From Acidimicrobiia bacterium (GTDB lineage Bacteria > Actinomycetota > Acidimicrobiia > Spongiisociales > UBA5794): a stretch of 51,994 nt of DNA. Below, in pieces: positions 48,979 through 51,994 of the stretch. The stretch lies in assembly GCA_030066265.1 (NCBI GenBank), contig JASJCF010000012.1, positions 1 to 51,994 of the forward strand, given 5' to 3'. A program made the position numbers and the translations under genes. Numbering within the stretch: the first letter of the stretch is position 1; every line of letters starts with the position of its first letter. Under the pieces are notes generated by a model that was given only the letters and a program-made list of their open reading frames with translations, was not told the origin of the DNA and did no database searches.

Positions 48979-50082
48979 ATGTCCGACGAATCGACCTTTG
49001 GAGCTGCCCCGCCTCGTCAGCTGTCCGACAAGGACCGCAAGCGGTCGCTCATCGCCATGCTCATCGGCCTCGGTGTGGCTGTCATCGTCTTCGGGTTCAT
49101 CCTCCCGCAGGTCATCGATTACCAGCAGGTGTGGGAGACGATCACATCCCTATCGGCGACCGACTTGCTGATTCTGCTGGCTGCCGGGCTCATCTACTAC
49201 ATCCCGGAGGGATGGCTGTACGCCGCCGTGATGCCCGGTATGTCTCTGTGGCGTGGGATCAAGGCCTGGGTCGCCTCGACGGGCGTCGGATCCACGGTGC
49301 CGGCGGCAGACCTGGTCATCAGGTTCGGGATGTACCGAAGCTGGGGCTTCTCGATCGACCACTCCATGCGCGGCATCGTGTTGAGCGGGGCGTTCGACTG
49401 GGTCGTCAAGTTCTCGATACCGGTCATCGCGATCATCTTGCTCGGGCTCTTCGGTGTCGGCGACTTCGATGGGCTCGAGATCATCGCCCTCATCGCCGGG
49501 GCTCTCCTCGTCGTCACGATCGTCGTCCTCGTGGGTCTGGTGCGATCGCATGCGTTCACGGAGCGGGTCGCCGGGATCGTCCAGCGGACCGCCAATTGGG
49601 GTCTCCGGCGTTTCAATCAGCCGGAGCGAACCGACATCGCACCGCGCGTCATCGGTTTCCGCGACGACGGCGTCGAGATCGCACGGACCCGTGGAGTGTG
49701 GGCATTCCTCGCCTCGGCCCTCGGGAAGCTGTGGCAGTACGTGATGCTGGTGCTCGCCCTGCGCATGGTGGGCATCGAGGACAGCGTCCTGTCGCTGTCG
49801 GACATCTTCATCGTGTGGGCGATCGTGCTTCTGATCACGATGATCCCGATCACCCCTGGTGGCATCGGTATCGCCGAGTTCTTCTACATCTGGCTCTTCA
49901 CGCAGATCGCCGGTCAGGAGTGGGCCAACACCATCGCCGCCGGTGTGATGCTGTATCGCGTGATCCAATGGGCGCTTCCCATCCCCATCGGGTGGGGCAC
50001 GGTGTGGTGGTGGCGCCGGAGGGTTCGTCGCGGCGACCTACCGGATCCGTTCACCATGTCCGACCAGGAGGGAACCGCCTAG
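48979..50082 (+). CDS. UPF0104 / LPG-synthase TM-region (flippase-like) family protein, paralog 2
   Basis: About 8 TM helices, the PGGIGIAEF motif, and a shared N-terminal LPQ(L/V)xDY motif with paralog 1. Confidence 0.8.
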   Translation: MSDESTFGAAPPRQLSDKDRKRSLIAMLIGLGVAVIVFGFILPQVIDYQQVWETITSLSATDLLILLAAGLIYYIPEGWLYAAVMPGMSLWRGIKAWVASTGVGSTVPAADLVIRFGMYRSWGFSIDHSMRGIVLSGAFDWVVKFSIPVIAIILLGLFGVGDFDGLEIIALIAGALLVVTIVVLVGLVRSHAFTERVAGIVQRTANWGLRRFNQPERTDIAPRVIGFRDDGVEIARTRGVWAFLASALGKLWQYVMLVLALRMVGIEDSVLSLSDIFIVWAIVLLITMIPITPGGIGIAEFFYIWLFTQIAGQEWANTIAAGVMLYRVIQWALPIPIGWGTVWWWRRRVRRGDLPDPFTMSDQEGTA

Positions 50083-50090
50083 TCGGAGGG

Positions 50091-51260
50091 CTACTCCGAC
50101 TCCATGGCCTCTTTCGCCGCCTCGACGTGCTGTTCGTACTCGAACTCGTAGACGACCTCGTTCTTCGGCACGAAGTTCGACACGAATGCGGTGATGAGCG
50201 CGGCGACGGGGAGTGCGACGAACGCACCGATCGGACCCGCGATGGCACCTCCGGCGAGCGCCGCACCGAACGCCACTGCACCGTTGAGGGTCATCGTGTC
50301 CGAAGAGATCTTCGGGCTCAGCCAGTAGTTCTCGATCTGCTGGTAGATGATGGTGTACGCAAGGACGATCAGGGCGGGGACGAGCCCCTGGATCGCAAGG
50401 GTCATGATGATCGGTACGGCCGACCCCAGGTACGTGCCGATCGCAGGGATGAATGCGGCGACGAAGCCTCCGAAGAGGGCGAGCGGGACCGACAGGGCCA
50501 CCGGCATGCCCACGAGGACCATCGTGAAGAAGAAGCCGATGGCGTTCACGAACATGAGGATGACCCGGGAGTAGAAGTAGCCACCCGTCTGGACGATGGC
50601 CTGATCCCAGGTCCATCCGATCCGATACTGCTCGTCTGGTGTGAAGAACTGGAGGATGGTGCGCTGGAGCCGCGGGGCGTCTGCGGTGAAGTAGAACGTG
50701 AACATGGCGATCGTGGCAATATCGAAGATCGCGCTGATCCCACTCGTGGCGACATCCAGCAGCCCTTCAGCCGCCCCACGTGCCCACTCGCCGAGGTCCT
50801 CCTCGAAGCTCGTCGCTTCGTCCTGGTCGAATCCGCCGTCTCCGATATTCAGCCCGAACGTGTCGTTGAGCCAGGTCGTGAGATCCTGCACCCACTGCGC
50901 CCCGCTCTCCCCGATGGCGCGTCCGAGCGTTGCGATCGCAGGGATCAGCACCACGATCATCAGGATGAAGATGACGATCCCCAGGAGGTAGATGATTCCG
51001 ACCGCTGCGCCGCGCTTCATGTTCGGCCAGCGGTTGAGCATCTTCATGACCAGCGGCTGGAGGGCCAGGCTCAGGAAGAAGGAGAACGCAACCAGGCCCA
51101 GCAGATGGCTCGCCCGGTCGAACATCCACAACACGAGCAGGGTGGCGAGGATCGCACCGATCACGGCCCAGATCGTGGTGCCGTCGATCGTGATGTTCAG
51201 CGTGCGACGGGAACGTGATTCCTCGTCAGCCTGGGTCGGTTGCTCGGGTCGCTCGGTCAT
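50091..51260 (-). CDS. AI-2E family transporter (PerM/UPF0118)
   Basis: 389 aa and polytopic. Overall layout and motifs (GIGTYLGSAVPI..., ALAGGAIAGPIGAFVALP) are typical of the AI-2E/PerM family. Confidence 0.85.
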   Translation of the reverse strand: MTERPEQPTQADEESRSRRTLNITIDGTTIWAVIGAILATLLVLWMFDRASHLLGLVAFSFFLSLALQPLVMKMLNRWPNMKRGAAVGIIYLLGIVIFILMIVVLIPAIATLGRAIGESGAQWVQDLTTWLNDTFGLNIGDGGFDQDEATSFEEDLGEWARGAAEGLLDVATSGISAIFDIATIAMFTFYFTADAPRLQRTILQFFTPDEQYRIGWTWDQAIVQTGGYFYSRVILMFVNAIGFFFTMVLVGMPVALSVPLALFGGFVAAFIPAIGTYLGSAVPIIMTLAIQGLVPALIVLAYTIIYQQIENYWLSPKISSDTMTLNGAVAFGAALAGGAIAGPIGAFVALPVAALITAFVSNFVPKNEVVYEFEYEQHVEAAKEAMESE

Positions 51261-51308
51261 CAGTCGTAGATCCTACGAGATCGCCCTCCGGCAAGCACTG
51301 AGTCAGCC

Positions 51309-51413
51309 GAGGAGCTGAGGAGCCAAGGAGCTGAGGAGCCAAGGAGCAAGGAGCCAAGGAGCCAAGGAGCTGAGGAGCTCTGGAGCTCTGAGTCTCGAGT
51401 CTCGAGCCTCGAG
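51309..51413 (+). repeat. Tandem 8-mer array RAGGAGCY x10 (51309..51387), continuing into a 7-mer array GAGTCTC x3.5 (51390..51413)
   Basis: GAGGAGCT GAGGAGCC AAGGAGCT GAGGAGCC AAGGAGC AAGGAGCC AAGGAGCC AAGGAGCT GAGGAGCT CTGGAGCT, then GAGTCTC GAGTCTC GAGCCTC GAG. Every 8-mer except the last (CTGGAGCT) contains a Shine-Dalgarno-like AGGAG. Confidence 0.9.
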
Positions 51414-51450
51414 TTGATCCACGGCCCGCCAGTCTGCGCGCCAAGGGTGT

Positions 51451-51550
51451 TCTCCCCTGTGGGGGAGATGCCCCGAAGGGGCAGAGGGGGCAGCATCCAG
51501 GCTTTTCTCCCCTCGTGGGGGAGATGTCCCGCAGGGACAGAGGGGGCAGC
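51451..51550 (+). repeat. Two direct copies (51451..51494 and 51506..51550) of the ~45-nt double-hairpin repeat unit
   Basis: TCTCCCC-N4-GGGGAGA TG YCCC-N3-GGGR CAGAGGGGGCAGC in both. The same unit occurs inverted at 7..130. Confidence 0.9.
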
Positions 51551-51600
51551 GCGGTTCGCTTCAGGACGAGTGGATTCCACACTCTGAAGCGGACTGCGCT

Positions 51601-51835
51601 GCCCTCTCTCCGTCGCTCGCGTGGCTCGCTCCTCGTCTCTCCCACGGGGAGAGACTCAATATGGAGGGCTTCGCCCGCCTTCCTCCGGGTCTGCGGCGAG
51701 GGGGCGAACGGTCAGAACAATCCGCTGTTGCCCTCTCTCCGTCGCTCGCGTGGCTCGCTCCTCGTCTCTCTCGCATTGTCACAAGGGAGAGACTCGATAT
51801 CGAGGGCTACGCCCGCCTTTCCCCGGGTCTGCGGC
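51601..51835 (+). repeat. Two ~100-bp direct repeats (51601..51697 and 51730..51835)
   Basis: They share an identical 41-mer, GCCCTCTCTCCGTCGCTCGCGTGGCTCGCTCCTCGTCTCTC. Then comes a variable hairpin loop (GTCTCTC...GAGAGAC), followed by GGAGAGACTC-RATAT-SGAGGGCT-NCGCCCGCCTT-YCC-GGGTCTGCGGC. Confidence 0.88.
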
Positions 51836-51898
51836 CAAGAAACCAAGAAGCCGAGAAGCTTCTCAGCTCCTCAGCTCCTCAGCTCCTCAGCTTCCAAG
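51835..51898 (+). repeat. 8-mer array CCRAGAAR x3 switching at a HindIII-centred palindrome to CTYCTCAG x4-5. This is the inverted partner of the 51309 array.
   Basis: ccaagaaa ccaagaag ccgagaag cttctcag ctcctcag ctcctcag ctcctcag cttccaag. The reverse complement contains GAGGAGCTGAGGAGC, identical to 51309..51323. Confidence 0.88.
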
Positions 51899-51903
51899 AG
51901 AGG

Positions 51904-51951
51904 CAGCCGCACCGGCGTCAAAAGGGAAGGCACGCGGCGCCGGTGCGGCTG
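51904..51951. terminator. Strong hairpin (14-bp stem, 20-nt loop), possibly the terminator of a minus-strand gene entering from the right edge
   Basis: CAGCCGCACCGGCG (51904..51917) pairs perfectly with CGCCGGTGCGGCTG (51938..51951). Confidence 0.5.
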
Positions 51952-51994
51952 AGGCTTGGCTACTCGGCTGCGGCCTCCTCCTGGCTCGCAAGGG

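Noticed and set aside
51309-51413. CRISPR array
   Set aside because: The period is 7-8 bp with no spacers, and there are no cas genes. It is a short-period tandem repeat, not a CRISPR array.
51226-51952. ORF-track proteins inside the right-hand repeat region: 51226..51645(-), 51260..51580(-), 51515..51952(+), 51561..51782(-).
   Set aside because: They are read-through of hairpin and tandem repeats, giving peptides such as SPLVGEMSRRDRGG and LLSSSA repeats. They overlap each other in several frames and have no start context.
1-51994. The whole 52-kb block could be a giant composite transposon or island, because inverted copies of the same repeat sit at both ends.
   Set aside because: I saw no transposase, integrase, tRNA target or direct target duplication. 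The content is housekeeping metabolism (glycogen, tdh-kbl, hyp, DNA ligase). The repeats are more simply explained as members of a dispersed family at which the sequence happens to start and end.
51960-51994. Possible 3' end of a minus-strand gene (...LASQEEAAAE-stop, TAG at 51960..51962) entering from the right edge
   Set aside because: Only 11 codons are visible and other frames are also open. The hairpin at 51904..51951 is consistent with a terminator, but the CDS cannot be supported from this window.

Overview
This is a GC-rich, densely coding chromosomal stretch (about two-thirds G+C by eye, not computed). Frequent GTG/TTG starts, 4-bp GTGA/ATGA/TTGA gene overlaps, Thr-rich lipoprotein linkers and T-tract-less hairpin terminators fit a high-GC Actinomycetota genome, possibly Acidimicrobiia-like (inference only). 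I support about 45 protein genes.

Gene order:
- [NiFe]-hydrogenase maturation operon hypF-hypC-hypD-hypE (minus strand)
- cysteine-desulfurase-like class-V aminotransferase
- heliorhodopsin
- small unknown protein coupled to a SulP/STAS transporter
- rhodanese, Lon-N-domain protein, PD40/TolB-like lipoprotein
- MFS / signal-less alpha-carbonic anhydrase / second SulP module
- fasciclin lipoprotein, META-domain protein
- sugar-type cluster: Gfo/Idh/MocA, SDR, unknown protein, AGXT-like aminotransferase, xylulokinase
- Moco-domain protein, HAD, LOG, ATP-dependent DNA ligase, MgtC
- arcA plus ornithine carbamoyltransferase, PAP2, membrane alpha/beta-hydrolase
- complete glycogen locus malQ-glgP-glgX-glgA / glgC / glgB
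- flavodoxin-like protein, kbl-tdh
- two UPF0104 (MprF-flippase-like) paralogs flanking a C-terminally anchored serine hydrolase
- AI-2E-family transporter

I saw no rRNA, tRNA, CRISPR array, integrase, transposase or recognisable defence gene. This does not look like a mobile island.

Both window ends (1..172 and 51261..51960) are non-coding. They carry the same family of modular structured repeats in inverted orientation, which may be why the sequence breaks there.

Best candidates for something undescribed:
1. the heliorhodopsin / small protein / SulP locus
2. the structured repeat family, including an array of Shine-Dalgarno-like 8-mers and a 26-bp stem that is fully paired only as plus-strand RNA
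3. the UPF0104-hydrolase-UPF0104 membrane module
4. the cytoplasmic alpha-CA + SulP + MFS module

Functional calls rest on motifs I recognise by eye. No database search was run.
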